From the NCBI GenBank assembly GCA_010909165.1, contig VJWM01000044.1, positions 1,612,001-1,676,000 of the forward strand: 64,000 nucleotides of DNA. The letters are read 5' to 3'. The notes beneath the pieces were generated by a model. The model saw nothing but the letters and a program-made list of their open reading frames with translations, did not search any database and had not been told where the DNA came from. The DNA is from Anthoceros angustus (lineage: Eukaryota; Plantae; Anthocerotophyta). Positions 1-13,400 of the stretch are shown here, piece by piece (the stretch's first letter is position 1; every line of letters starts with the position of its first letter). A program made the position numbers and the translations under genes.

Positions 1-703
1 AGAAATCCCAGCAACTCCAAACAGCAAGGCAGACACGACAGAGAAAATGGGAGCAGGCCGCGCACCCCGGCAGCGCAAGTGCCTTGGCATGATCCCGCGG
101 CCTCGGCAGCACCGCCGCCACCGACTCCAGTCGCGAGCAGCCCTGTGGCAGCCGTTGCTGCCTCCTCCGACTCGCAGGAGGCTCCGCTTCCGGCATCGGA
201 CTGGGCGCACGCAGTCCATTTCTTGACGACGTGAGTGGGCAGGCAGATTTTGACGATGTACTGTTGCGTCACTGTGACGAAGAGGGAGATGAATCCCAGG
301 AGCATGAGCTCTGCACGGGAGCCGGTTCACCACACACTGTCAGGTAGGCTGTCAGCGAATCCACGCAACCCTTTCCCATTCCCTGCTCCAGAAGCTGAAG
401 TTGTAGCGATCACCAACCTTCCTTCATCTTCTCCAGCGCCTGCAGCCATGCTTTTTGCTTGTTCTTCTTAAACCACTGCCCCACAAATCGCCCACAAAAT
501 GTCACACTGCGTAGGTCAGGATCCAGAAGCATCGCAATTCGAACTCGGAAATGGAGCTGGGTTCGGGCCTCGGTAGCTACCAGACCCAGCCGATGAATTG
601 CCCGCTCCACCGCAAACGATACCACCACGAACACCGTGCAGACGACAGCAATCACCCAGGTGGGAGTGAGAGCAAGCGACCTCCCCTCGGACCCTCCCGC
701 CAT
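1..703 (-). CDS. MLO: MLO family protein, copy 1 (only exons 1-3 in window: 703-581, 475-418, 310-66; continues past left edge)
   Basis: MAGGSEGRSLALTPTWVIAVVC...ERAIHRLG | WFKKNKQKAWLQALEKMKE | ELMLLGFISL...KIC: diagnostic MLO N-terminus, GT-AG introns in the conserved positions and phases. Confidence 0.93.
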
Positions 704-2177
704 AATTCTCAACGCTGCTCCTCCCTTCCAATCCCAATCCTAAGCTTTCTCACTCTCCACTGTGGTGGATTCCGAGATTTCCAGCTTCCCAGGGCCCGTC
801 GGCGGCGGCCCCGTCAGACGCCAATGCGGCCTCGTCTCAAAAAATTCCCTCCAAGTCTGGCGCGGGCACAGCGTCTGCGGGCATCACCACACGGTGATTG
901 GCATGCCGGCGGGAATGTTGCGCTCCCGGCAGCGAGCCAAGTCTGGAAGAATGCGCTTTGAGCGCTGGCGCGCAAGCTTGATTTGATGGGGGAGACCGAA
1001 TTTCACTGACGCCTGAAAGCTGGAGAGCGGCTGCATTTAATGAACTGGAGCTTGGCTGTTCAGATACATCCAACATTCGGCCCAGGTTGGTTACCTCTTT
1101 CCTCGACGCTTCTTCCCGGTGCAGCCTTTTTTTTAATGAGCAGGCAGTCGTCAGCGAATGAGCCCCAGGTTTCTGAGACGCGCCAGGACCCAGGACCAAG
1201 GACCCAGGTGTCGGACTGGGGTCGGGCTGGAAAGCGCCTTTTCTGTTTTCCTTCGTTGGGCGATTAGACCGTCACTCAAATTTGCGGACCAAGAGGACAG
1301 GCTGCCAGCGCAATCGCAAGCGCTTCGGGATTGGAGGGGAAGGAGTAGCAGAATGCCAAATGGCGGGCAGTCGGTGATGGACAAAATCCCTGCCCAGACA
1401 GAGATATACTGCTGGACTAGTAGTTAAGAATCGTGCTCCACTTTGGCCGGCACTATGGATATGAGGCAGCTGCGGCTAAGAGGCGCGCCGGCCAGCGGCG
1501 CAAAACAGCGCATCACAGCGTCACAGCCAGCCCGTCATCCGTGCCACTGAAAACCTAACTGGCGATGGCGACGAAGGTTAGTGGCTGCTCGGAAATACCC
1601 CTTTGGTTTCGTACGATAAAACATCCTTGGATTTGCCGAACTGTTTATTTTCCTAGTGGAGGGCTGTCATGGCAACGCGGTTGCGGCTTCATCCTGTCTG
1701 TAACGTCCGTGATCCCGTCCCGACTCCGAATCCGTGGTCCATCCAGCAGGAGCTTGAGCTAAAACACGGTTTCCTGCATGGATCATGTCTCCATCCTCCC
1801 AGTACTCACAGGCGGTGGAAAGTGGAGATGCCCACCAGTGACCACTGCCAAGCACCCTGCCTTTGCTCCAGGACTCGAAGGGACCGCATCGAAGCATGCC
1901 ATGCCTGCTGGCCCCTGATATTCTCTACGCGAGCATCGCGTGGGACTGGCGAGGTCATGAGGTCGCCTTAATCAACTCCAGGTCAAACGGAAATATCTCC
2001 CACTGGTGCCGAATTCAGTACCTCCAGCCTCTCCAGACATACTGGCCCACAGTCTACTGACAGGGGTAACCAAACATTTCGGGCATTTAAAGTCCCAAGT
2101 ACACGCATTTCTGCACGGACGTAGACAAGCACATTGTGAGGTGACACTGCAAACACCTGCACTGATGGGCTGGCTGG

Positions 2178-2981
2178 TACTGAAGGTTTGTATATTGGTT
2201 TGCAAGTCTAGAGCAGGCCTCAGAGAAGCTGTCCCAGTAATCTCCAACTACAGAATTCAGCACACAAGGGCCACGACAGGCCATCTTCAGTGGAGGGCTC
2301 TCCACACAGGTTCAATCGTGATGCAGGATGCAGCTTCCCAGCCTGCTTGTTCATACATGTGACACGATCAGCGGCCAGGGGGACCTAGAATCATTGAGGA
2401 CTAATCCTCGACTTCCTCACTGTTTCGATGCCCTGGGTCTTACCTGATAATGAAGGTTTGTATACTGGTTTCCTAGTCTAGCGCAGGCCTCAGAGGAGCC
2501 TGTCCCAGCAATCTCCAGCTACAAAATTCAGCACACAAGGGCCACGACAGGCCGTCTTCAGTGGGCCTCTCCATACAGGTTCAATCGTGATGCAGGATGC
2601 AGCTTCCCAGCTCGCTTGTTCATACATGTGACACGATCAGCGGCCAGGGGGACCTAGAATCATTGAGGGCTAATACTCGACGGCTTCACAATTTCGATGC
2701 CCTTGGTTTTGACTGATACTGAAGGTTGTATACTGGTTTCCTAGTCTAGAGCAGGCCTCAGAGAAGCGTGTCCAAGTACTCTCCAGCTACAGAGTTCAGC
2801 ACACAAGGGCAGAGCCAGGCCATCTTCAGTGGAGGGCTCTCCTCACAGGTTCAATCGTGATGCAGGATGCAGCTTCCCAGCCCGCTTGTTCATACATGTG
2901 ACACGATCAGCGGCTAGGGGGACCTAGAATCATTGAGGACTAACCCTCGACTTCTTCACGGTTTCGATGCCCTTGGTTTTG
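2178..2981. repeat. Three tandem ~270-bp copies of the MLO copy 2 terminal codons plus 3' flank
   Basis: tgaaggtt(t)gtata recurs at ~2181, 2451 and 2720; gacctagaatcattgagg (containing the MLO stop) recurs at ~2382, 2651 and 2921. Confidence 0.93.
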
Positions 2982-5980
2982 CCATACAGCCGCTGACACT
3001 GCCTTTCGAGAGGGCAGGCGGGGCTTAGACCCTCGCCAGGGACAGTGACTGCCGTGCTCGCGGGAATCGATGCGTCTGGCGCCGCGTTAGCCAGATGCCC
3101 GGCAGCAGCTACCAGCTGTATCGTGGATACCAGTTTCTTCTTCTTCGTCGAGTCTGGTGGAACTGCCGAGTCGGAAACCTGTCGACTCGAGTCGGGAGTG
3201 CTTGGTTCTGACCGCATATTGGATTCTCCCGACTCGCTGTCAGACTCGGTCCTCCTTCTTCTCGCCTGCGCTTTCGCACGCCAGCTTTGGAGACCCTCCA
3301 TGACGTTTCTGTTGAACACAGTCGCCTTCAGGGAGCTTCCCATCTGGACATCCGTCATGCAGGTGAAGGTCAGGACATGGCAGAAGTTGTTGGGCGTTGC
3401 TGAGGTGGATAGCAGGTGTGGCTTTGGGTGGTTATTACCTGGGAAATGAGGGCGTATGTTGGCAACGTACTGTAACTGGCTAGCAGGAGCGTCAGTGCCC
3501 TACGGAGACCCACCAGCTTGATGGATTAGTCGCAGACACAAGTGAGGTTCTGAGGCAGACAGCGATCCGCAGGAAGCCACTTACCCCAATACGAGTCGCA
3601 CCCAGAGAAGCGATTGCTTTCCAAAGAAGCACGTTTTATAGCCGAAGGTTGCCTGCACTCACGGTCGGTTAGTATCCTCAGGCACCTCAACTGTTCTTCC
3701 ATGGGAAAGAGTTCCAGGCACAGGTTCCGGCCTTACCAGCAGCCAAATAAAAAGTGCCAGTTCGAACGAGTTCTGCATTGCACCAAAGAATACGCCATTG
3801 CAGTCAGGGAACAGAAACCATGACAAGAAAAACAAATGGATCAAACTTCCAGAAGCGCGCACCTGGAAAATGATGAAGTGGATAACCCTCTTCAGAATCT
3901 TCGGTTTGCCCAGCCAAAACAGATCGTCACTGGGCTTGATGCCTTCCACAAAGGTTTCAACGGCTTTCGGCTGCTCGGGGTCCTCGTTCTTTCCGCCATT
4001 CTTGTCTTTCAGGGCAAGTCTCTTCGCTTGCAGAGCAAGGGTTGCAATGATATGCTCTTGTTTTGCTCCAATGATGAGGACCAGCTGCACAACACACGGT
4101 TCGATGAGCTGCATGGGGGACTAGAAAGCATACCAAGGCAAAAAACAGAGGTTTCTCCAATTTCCAGGAATGGACACTGATGAGTTAAGTCATGTAATTT
4201 GCTTACCAGAGTTGGAATGAAAGCCGCCCAGAAGTATGTATACCAAGCTGCAAAACAAAAAAGAGCAACCATACCCGTCAGAGCACACCGGAACTCGTAC
4301 AAGGAACGTGGGACACCATGACACGACGCCCAATATGGTCTCACCGTTAACATTGAGGAGGAGAAAGAGGACAACAAATGCCCAGAGCCACCAACTGCAA
4401 GAAGCTTGGTCAGCTTGCGGTGGACAAACAACATCGAAACAATACTGCCGACCGAAAACGCCTCTTCATTCAGCCGTGCCAACTCACCTGATACCAATGA
4501 CAGATTTGAAATCCACTTCCAAGGAACGCATGATATAGTCCCGGAAATTGAACGAATCCGATAGTTGGTGTTGCTGTGACAGATGCTCACGTGTTTGTGA
4601 GAAAGGAAGAACATACTAATCTGTCCAGTTTCTCTTACACGTAGTAACAATACCAGGCACAAAAACTTACGTGCAGGAATGCTACACGCATTGTGAGATA
4701 GTCATCGTGGGGTAACTGCCCAGCAAATTGTCGGAAGAAACAGAGCTACCAGAAAAACATCAACACACTGGCCTGTAATCCACGCAGCTTGAGAATGGGA
4801 TTCCACAACAATAAAGAACGAGCAGAAGCAACAACTCACAATCCAGATGAAGACCGGAGACTCGGCCCACGGGTGGCTTGTGTGTCTTTTAATGAAAGAC
4901 TGCCTCGTGTCCATACAACTAGCCTTGTTGCAGATTCTAGCCTGGAGCGCTGCAACGAACCATCTGGAATTGTGAGTAGCGCAAGCAAGTAGAAATATCC
5001 TCAACTTGCAGCAGTCTACCAGCATGAAAGCACAAGGCAGTTGTATTGCACCCGCCAACCTGTAGCGCCATTGTAATCAGGATCCCGAGTCTCTCGTTCC
5101 CACTTTTTCCAGTGATCTACCTGCGACGAGCAGCAATCGATTCGGATCTCACATATGTGCCTATGACTAGAAACATTGCGGAGAAGCCACAACCTTACCC
5201 TCAAAAACCCTAGGCAGACCGTCAGGAAGCAGTAGCCTACGTGCACCACTGCCAGCACAAAAATGAAAATGTGCAGCTGGTGGAGACCTTCTACAGAAAT
5301 AAAGGGAACCTTTCCCTGCACATCAATCACCAACAATCTCCATGGTCACCAAAACCCAGGAAAGAGCTCGACAATCCAAGAAACCTGCACTTGTTCAGCA
5401 CATTACCTTGGCTTCACAACCGGATTCCCCCCCGGACGACATCAAACGACGTCTGTGCCATGAAGCATGCTCTTCTGATGGGGGAAGAGCATCTCCCTCC
5501 GCAAGATACTGCGACCTGTCACACGGGAGCATGTGGCTTGCAAACTCCGGGGAAACACAGATCTTGGACACCGATGTCTGAAAGACAGTCAGAAGCAGAG
5601 AGATGAACCCCAAGAGCATGAGCTCTGCATCATCCACGTGGCCCCGAGGTCAGTACGGGCCCCCAATGCAGGCTGACTTGACTATGCAGGCATTCACAAC
5701 GCAAAGCTCGAGAGTATCCTACCTACCCTCGGTCATCTTGTCCAACACCTTCCGCAGAGGCCTCTGGCCCGTCTTCTTCAAATACTGCAAGAGTACAGAC
5801 AACAAAACAGCTCAAAGACCTGATCTACAAGTCCTGGAAGCACGGGAAGCGGCAAACAACCGAACCCACCTTCTTCAGCCGATGAATGCCTCGTTCCAGC
5901 AGCAGAGAGATGCCAATAAACAGAGCAACGACAGACGCCACCGAGTAGGTGGGCGTCTCCTCTAGAGTTGCCTCAGCCAT
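2930..5980 (-). CDS. MLO: MLO family protein, copy 2 (15 exons)
   Basis: MAEATLEETPTY, ELMLLGFISLLLTV, EGLHQLHIFIFVLA, FNFRDYIMRSLEVDF, PSDDLFW, NSFELA, SYSTLPTYAL, QMGS..LQSW (CaM-binding region); all introns traced as GT-AG. Confidence 0.95.
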
Positions 5981-6525
5981 TCCTCCTCACTCACTTCACT
6001 TCACCGATCCTTGATCCCTCAGCAGCCAGCTGATTTCAATCCGAGCAGCTTCCAGCGCCTTTTCCACTCCTGATTGCTGAGGAGTATCGCCCTACTGCTC
6101 CGCCACAAATCTTCCCCATCCGAAACACCGCTCGCATTGTCGCTGGTTCAGCCAAGACACAGATCCTGCCCGACCGAGCGAATGTGACATCCCTTGTTCA
6201 CGGAACCTGGCTCCCCTGGAGACCGAAAAAGGACAGCCTCTCGTGATTTTATCTGTGGAGGCTGGAAACCCGCTTTGCATTCCGTTTTCGTCCATGTCAA
6301 CGGGCAGGAGCAGTAATCGGAGAAGACGCCAATCGCAGGCCGCATTGCAAAATTTGCAACAATAATCGATTAGAACATGGCCGCAAGATTAGGCAATTCG
6401 AAGCCACCACCGCTCCTTCGTCACCGTCTGGTGACTGGTTATGCTGTCGGCAATGAACCTCACTTTTCCAGCTATCCTTGCTGTCCACTTTGGAGAGCGT
6501 GAATGTACGGCGGGAATCGGATAAG

Positions 6526-9490
6526 CTACCTCCCGATTTCCTCTCGTTCAGCGGGACTGGGAAGGATGTTGTCGGTGAAATGACTATCGTCCGTTTTCAT
6601 CAGTCTTACGCCGGCGGTGGTGAGCTGACCTGCTTCACGCTCCGCTTTCAGGGCCCGCTCACGCCATCCCAGCAGACCGTAGTAGACTGTTTCGGCGGTG
6701 AGAGCATCGTCCGGGGTTTTGAGAGATGAAGCCATCTGGGTGACCCACATGCTGCATTGTGAGCAGAGGTGCAGATTGCGGAGTTGGGGTTGCTTGAAGA
6801 GCAGAGATTTGTTAGGGGAAGGTTGTGGGCACCTGGGTCACCAGAGCGTAGGTTGGCAAGGTGCTGTAGCTGGACAGCAGCTGGGTGAAGATCCTGCGGA
6901 AGTGCAGGGCGCCGGGTGAAGTTCTTGGTGAGTTTGGGAGAGCGGAAAGCGAGGTGGTGAGCGGGTGAAGAAAGCTTACCCTATTGCCAGGCGGATGTAG
7001 AGGAACTGAGGTTGGCCCCAAATGCATGCTCTGGAGCCGAAGGATATCTGCAGGCAGGCACGCACGCACGCACGCTGAATGAATACTAGTGGACAGCAGT
7101 GAAGTTGTGGGATGTATAGATCGTGAGGTAAGGGTGTGGACTGACCCTTATCCACACGATGGTGGCCAGCTCGAAAGAGTTCTGCAGGACGTGCGTTTCA
7201 CTCAGTGAGTTCACTGACAGGTGCAGCAATGCAGGGAAGCATTGAACTTAATCATGCCTGGCGGTAGAGCAATCACCTGGAACATGCTGACACGAAGCAA
7301 TGCAAGAAGCAGCTTCGGACGGTTGAACCAGAACAAATTGTCGCTGGGCTTGATGGCGCTCGTGATCTCTTTCTTGTCGATTGCTAGCTCAGGATCTAAG
7401 TTGATGTCATTCCCTCCGTCTGGTACGCTCTGAGCATGTCTTTCTGCTTGCAGAGTTAGGGTTGCCAGCACATGTTGCTGCTTTGTTCCAACTGTGAGGA
7501 CAAGCTGCAACCCTCGACGTCACATGTTTGCTCAGACAGTAGCTCCATAATGGCAATTGCAATGTCTGGCGTGAGATACTTACAAAAGCAGGGAGAAACG
7601 CTGCCCACATGTATGTGTTCCAACCTGCATCCGGGTGCCAAACGAGGCTGAGATCACGGCCCCTACGCTGGCAAAGCCTACTGTATATGCTGAGAGGGGC
7701 GCATTGGACTCATTGGGTTCTCACCATGGATATCCAGCAGCAGTAGCAGGACGACCAGGAGCCAAAGCCACCAGCTTCAGAGAAGGAACAGAAAAGCAGG
7801 TTAGACGCTCATCCTAAGATTTGTTAAAACGGGCGGTCTTCAAAGGAGCAAGTCACTGGCTCACCTGATTGCAATGACCTCCTTGAACTCAGTCCCCATG
7901 GATCCCACCACGTAGTCCCGGAAGTGGAATGCATCCCCTAGGTTGTGATTCTGACATTGCAAACCAACCACCGTCGTGAAACGATCTAGCATATGTAGTT
8001 CTGAGCTCTGACAGCGTGCAACCCAATGCAAGGAAGTGAACTAAGAACAGTTCCTTCCACCTTACATGTACAAATCCCGCACGAAGTGTGAGGTAGTCTT
8101 CCCGTGATACAGGAACGAAGAATTGCCGTACGAAGCACTTCTGAAAACCCGAGTTCAAGCTCGGTTAGTTCCTTTCTCTATGTCAAGGCTTGCATCTGCC
8201 TGCGGCTTCAGATACTTACAGTCCATACGAAAACGGGAGACTGTGTCTGCTCCTGGGTAAAAAACCAAAATCTTCGGGTACTACTGGGAGCTTTGGATCT
8301 CTCGATGTACCGCATCTCCAAATCTGTCAGACACGCACAGAGTGTGTTTCAATTGGAGATTCTACGGAAGTGGTTGCCAGGAGCTTGGTTATGGAAGATC
8401 ACGTATGACAGCGTCCAGAGATAATAGATGGTTTGGTTACAACTCTGATCGAAGATGAACGAAAAGCTAGCTAGCATCACCTTTCCGCCCACAATAATCC
8501 GCACAGCGAGCTTCGTTCTCCCACGGCTTCCAGCTGCGCACCTGGATTTGAGCAAAGCGGCTGATCGCAGGATGATACAATACGAGAGAGACTTGCAATC
8601 GACTACAAGTTTACAACTCACCTTGGAGAAGCCCAAGACCACCAGAAGAAGGCTGTAGAAGATGTGCAGAATCGCCAGTACAAAAATGAAGAAGTGCAGC
8701 TGGTTGAGACCTTCTGAAGGAATCAAGGAAACCTTGCCCTGTGCACATCATGCGCCAATGGTCAGCCAGTAGTCACTGAGTCGAGTCTCTGCAGAGTGGG
8801 CAGATCGCAATCTTGTATTCAAATTGAATCTGGAATTCACTTGACTCACTTGTGCTGCGCAAACAGGATCATGCTGAGCTGCGATGGCCTCGCTCAGCTC
8901 GCTGTCAGGCACAGAGAGCAGTCTACGAAGTTGGTGGTCTGGTTTACAAGGCATCATGTGGCGGGCGAACTTTTCCGGCACGCACAGCTTGGAAATGGGC
9001 TTGTGAAAGACCTCCAGCAGCCACGATGCGAATCCCAGAAGCAGCAACTCTGAGACATCGAGGACACAGGACTTCACACCGCGTCCAGGGAGCGCACACG
9101 GAAAATGTACAGGATCAAACAAGACGAGGAACCAAACCGTACCGTGGATCATCTTGTCCATCACTTGGCGAACCGGCCTGATCCGGGTCCTCTTCAGATG
9201 CTGCAAGAACCAAGTCACGATCACACACTCGTTGCACGGACCTCGACAGTAATAGTTCTATAAGAGTAGTGCACACAATAAGACGGCCATCCAGCGCCGA
9301 ATCCTGATCCATCTCATCCAAGGTTGCAGGCTATGCATGCGCAGGCACTTCCGAGGATCCGGTGTAGACTCAGGTGCTGTACCTTCTGGATGCTATCTTC
9401 CAGCAGTAGGGAGATGAGGATTATGAGCGCAGCTGCAGTTGCGACACAGTATGTAGGAGTGTGCTCCAGAGCCTCTCCGTCGCCTGCCAT
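6526..9490 (-). CDS. MLO: MLO family protein, copy 3, divergent (15 exons)
   Basis: MAGDGEALEHTPTY, ELLLLGFASWLL, EGLNQLHFFIFVLA, PSDNLFWFNRP, NSFELA, SYSTLPTYALVTQ, MASS..GLLGW; frame is open across exons but the intron-1 donor at the homologous position is non-canonical. Confidence 0.88.
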
Positions 9491-10477
9491 AGGAGCGCAG
9501 CCTGCAGAGCTCGCAGTGCAGTGCCACGCTTTGAGGATGGCCAGGTGCTTTTCTGAGCATGGCGTCCGCCTCGACTGAGGCTTAATCCTGAAGATGTCCA
9601 GAACGAGGGGCAGGGCCCAGGCCCACGGAGTGACGGAGAGGAGAGGTACCAGTCTTGGTTAGGGAGCCCGTCAGAGTGCTGGATTCTTGGTAACAGAGCC
9701 CCAATCAGGCTTGCAAGCCCGGGCCCCAGTCGCCAGTCCAGCGTCACTTGGAAGCGCAAATCCATTGCCTGCGAGGGCGCTAAGTACTGCAAGCATCGTT
9801 TCTCCATGTGAGCCAACATTTTGGGCATTTTTGTTTATTTTGGGGGAAGGTGTCCAAGGCTTCCAACGTGCTCGTGTCTGCCCTGACGAGCACGAGCTTT
9901 TACGGAGGAGCTTGGAACCACTAGTTATACCATAAACGGACTCACCATCCACAGCCTGACCAGATAAGCCTCGCAACGAAATGGCTACTAAATGAAGAAT
10001 CCGGGACCTACCGGATGCTCCTGGAGCTTTGTGCCCACAAAGCCCGCTGACTCAAGGACTACGAAATGACGACAACATTCTTCCGCATCGGATCCTTCCA
10101 CATCTTCAACCTTCTAGAACCGTTCCAATTGTTCCAGCTGACACCTTGCGGTAGCCTCAAGTGATACGTGGATATGAAGCTTGAGCTGTGGTAGTCATCG
10201 GTTTACAATGTACAACAGGTGGCAATGGCCACGTCCTATCCATGGCTCAGATCTGCTATGTCAGCAGGCTGTAAAGTGCTGCTCGCCAAGATGCGGTGCC
10301 TACAGCAGCATCCCGAGCCATTTTGAGAAAGTCGGGTCTCCGGGCATTTCCGGCCTTATACAAAGCCTGCCGCATCTTGGGACGTTTGAGCATCACGTTT
10401 CTGGCTCTCTCACCGCCCTTTATGGGCATCTCCTGTGCAAGTACAGAATCTGTACGTACCTATCATTTCCGTGAACA

Positions 10478-13400
10478 TCACGGTGCTTGCTGTGAAGATG
10501 CTAAGCTTGCAACATCTCGAGCCTTTGCTGTTCCCTTCATTTTACCATACAGCCGGATGAATTTTTCTTGGGCTGCAAGATGTGCAGCGCTGGGTGCCGT
10601 GGATTCAACTGCTGGAGCTGTTGTTGCTGCTGCTGCTGCTTGCTCACCCCGGGGCATGATGCTCTGCTCCTGTTTAACTTCCACTAGTTCGGCAGCACTC
10701 GTTGGATGTGGTGTGCCGGTTGGAGGAGGTGTTTCATGATGTGACTCCGTCATTCCTTCAGACATATGCAAAAGATGATTGAGAGCGCCCAACACACTTC
10801 CCTCGGCAGGCTTTGTTTTCTCCTTTTGCTTCTTCTTAGCTTTGCCATGCCAGCCATGTAGGGCTGAATGGACCGATTTCTTGAAGATGGTGGGTTTGTA
10901 GTCAGATCCCATCTGCAATCAAGGCACGGCTGCTGCTGAGCTCAAGAAAACGACAGAATCTGTTATCTGTGCATACTTGTAGCCAAGCTTGTACAAATGG
11001 GCTTTCACCTGGTTTACAAGAGCATAAAGAGGCAGCGTGCTGTAGCTGCATAAGATTTGCGTCATCAACCTACAAGAGTAACAGAAAAGTCAGTCCAAAC
11101 CCCAGGTGGCAAAAAGCTTGGCCACAAATCTCATCTCTTCTGGAATGACCAAAAGTTTATACCCGACGATAACACGCGCGAAGATCAGGCCACGCCTCTC
11201 AAAGAAACAGGTGTCCCACCCGAATGTTGCCTGTAAATACCAGTTCAACGTGTCCACCGGCACTGGGTCCTTAGCGTGTACATGTGCATAAAACTCAGAG
11301 AGACAGACATAGAACTGAAGTGCCTACCCACAGCCAGAAGAACACTGCCAACTCGAACGCATTCTGTGAGATGAGCAGTTACACGCACGTCAGTACACCT
11401 TCTCCCCATTGCAACGAAAAACGCATGACTCAGGGACTTGCAACTATGCTGGGAGCTCATGACATACTTGGAAAAGAATGAAGTGTATCAAAAACATGAG
11501 CAGCCCAGGAAAGTTGAACCAAAAGAGCTCATCTCGGGTCTTCACTGTTGGTGCAGTGGTATATTTCTTTGAGGGTGTAGGTCCTTCTTTGAGGGTGTTG
11601 TCCAATGCATCAGCTCTTGCCTCTGTTGCCAAAACCGAAATAATCTTTTGCTGCTTCGTTCCAACAATCAGGACGAGCTGCATTTGAAGGCAATTGCCAT
11701 TTATAACGAGGTTAAAATTCAGTCAACACTCTGAGAAGCTATCTGCCCGAGCAGCATTGTCCTATCAGTTTCAATTGCGTGGTTATGCGTGAAACTCACA
11801 ATCAGAGGAATGAACGCCATCCAGAAGTATGTGTACCAGTCTGGCAGTACAGGGCAGCAGCGAGTTAGCCACTGGCAACATGGGGTTCCATCCAAACAAA
11901 GGACGAAAGACAAGGTTGAAGCTCACCATGTACGTTGAGCAGAAGAAAGAGGACGACAAAAGCCCAAAGCCACCAGCTGCAGCCAAACAAAAGCTCAATA
12001 GGTAGATAGCTCAACTAAACCTAGGCCGTTAGCTAGCACACTGTATGGGTTTAGGGTTCTCGCTGTACTGACCTGATGCCGACAACAACTTTGAAGTCAA
12101 CCTCCATAGAACGAATGATGTAGTCATGGAAGTCGAATTTGTTGGTCAGGTGGTGATTCTGCGGGCACAGAAAGTGCGTTGGTAGAGTTTGTTGCAAAAG
12201 AGACAACAAGTGCACATGTACAGACAGGGATGTACTCTCCAGTACGAGTACATGACGGGTAGGTAGAGTTGAAGCTCACGCTGATAAATGCTAGCCGAAA
12301 TGTTAAGTAATCGGCTTTTGACACAGACCCAACAAACTGGCCAAAGAAACACCGCTGCAAGACAAGAACGTTTGCCTGAGAAAACCATTACAGGAGATCA
12401 CAGTAAGATTCTGTTTGAAAGGCAGAGACGTACCAGCCATACGAGAAGAGGTGATTGACCTCGCACGCTGTGCCTATCTATACATGCGTCGTGCTTTCTC
12501 GTCGTCAATGCTTCTCGCAAACCTGGAAACAGGCGGCCAACTTAGTTATAATACATTGACAATGCGGATTCCTTGAGCGATTGAATCAGATAGTCAGAGG
12601 ACGAAATTCCTACCAGTGAGGGTATCGTAGTGGGGCTCGCGGGTCTGAACTTCCCATTTTTTCCAATGATGCATCTGCAGCAGACGGCAGGAAAGCACAA
12701 TGTCATCTGACAGTTGTTCGAACTCATGCAATTCTAACTGGCATCTTTGTGGAAGGCCAAACACGCAAAATGAGTGTTGACAACATACTTTCACGAATCC
12801 CAGCACCATGGTGAGGCAGCTATAGACCACATGCACGAGCGCCAGCACAAAAATAAAGATGTGGAGTTGATGGAGGCCTTCCAGTGAAACGAAGGGAGCC
12901 ATTCCCTACGGGCATCCAGCACGACAAGTCAAATCTCCACCCAGCTTACATGACACTCAAACTACCACCAGCACAGCTAGGAACCTGACCTTGGATGCGC
13001 AGTGATCTCCGCCTGTCGACAAAAGCCTCCGGTTAAAAGCGAGTCTAAAAGCCATGAGCAGCTTCCGGGAGTGAGACTCTGTTTCTGCGCGTGGGAGTGG
13101 CGTTGAAGCATGTTCAGGTGCTTCCTTGAGCTTGCAAGGCAACCATTTTTGCGAGACGCTGACCGGTATGCATAGGTTGGAGACCGGGCTCTGGAAGGCT
13201 GTAAGTAGCAACGAGATGAATCCCAGCAGCATCAACTCTGCAACCGAATGCGAGGCCATCCATCAATTGATGCGCAGCATGACTGAAAACAAAATGCAAC
13301 GCACGCAAGAGCAATCCCCGAGAAAAATAGCATGGAACCGAAGGGAGAAGGTCCCGCTTCAATTGTCACCTTCCATCATCTTATGCAGAGCCTTCTGCAG

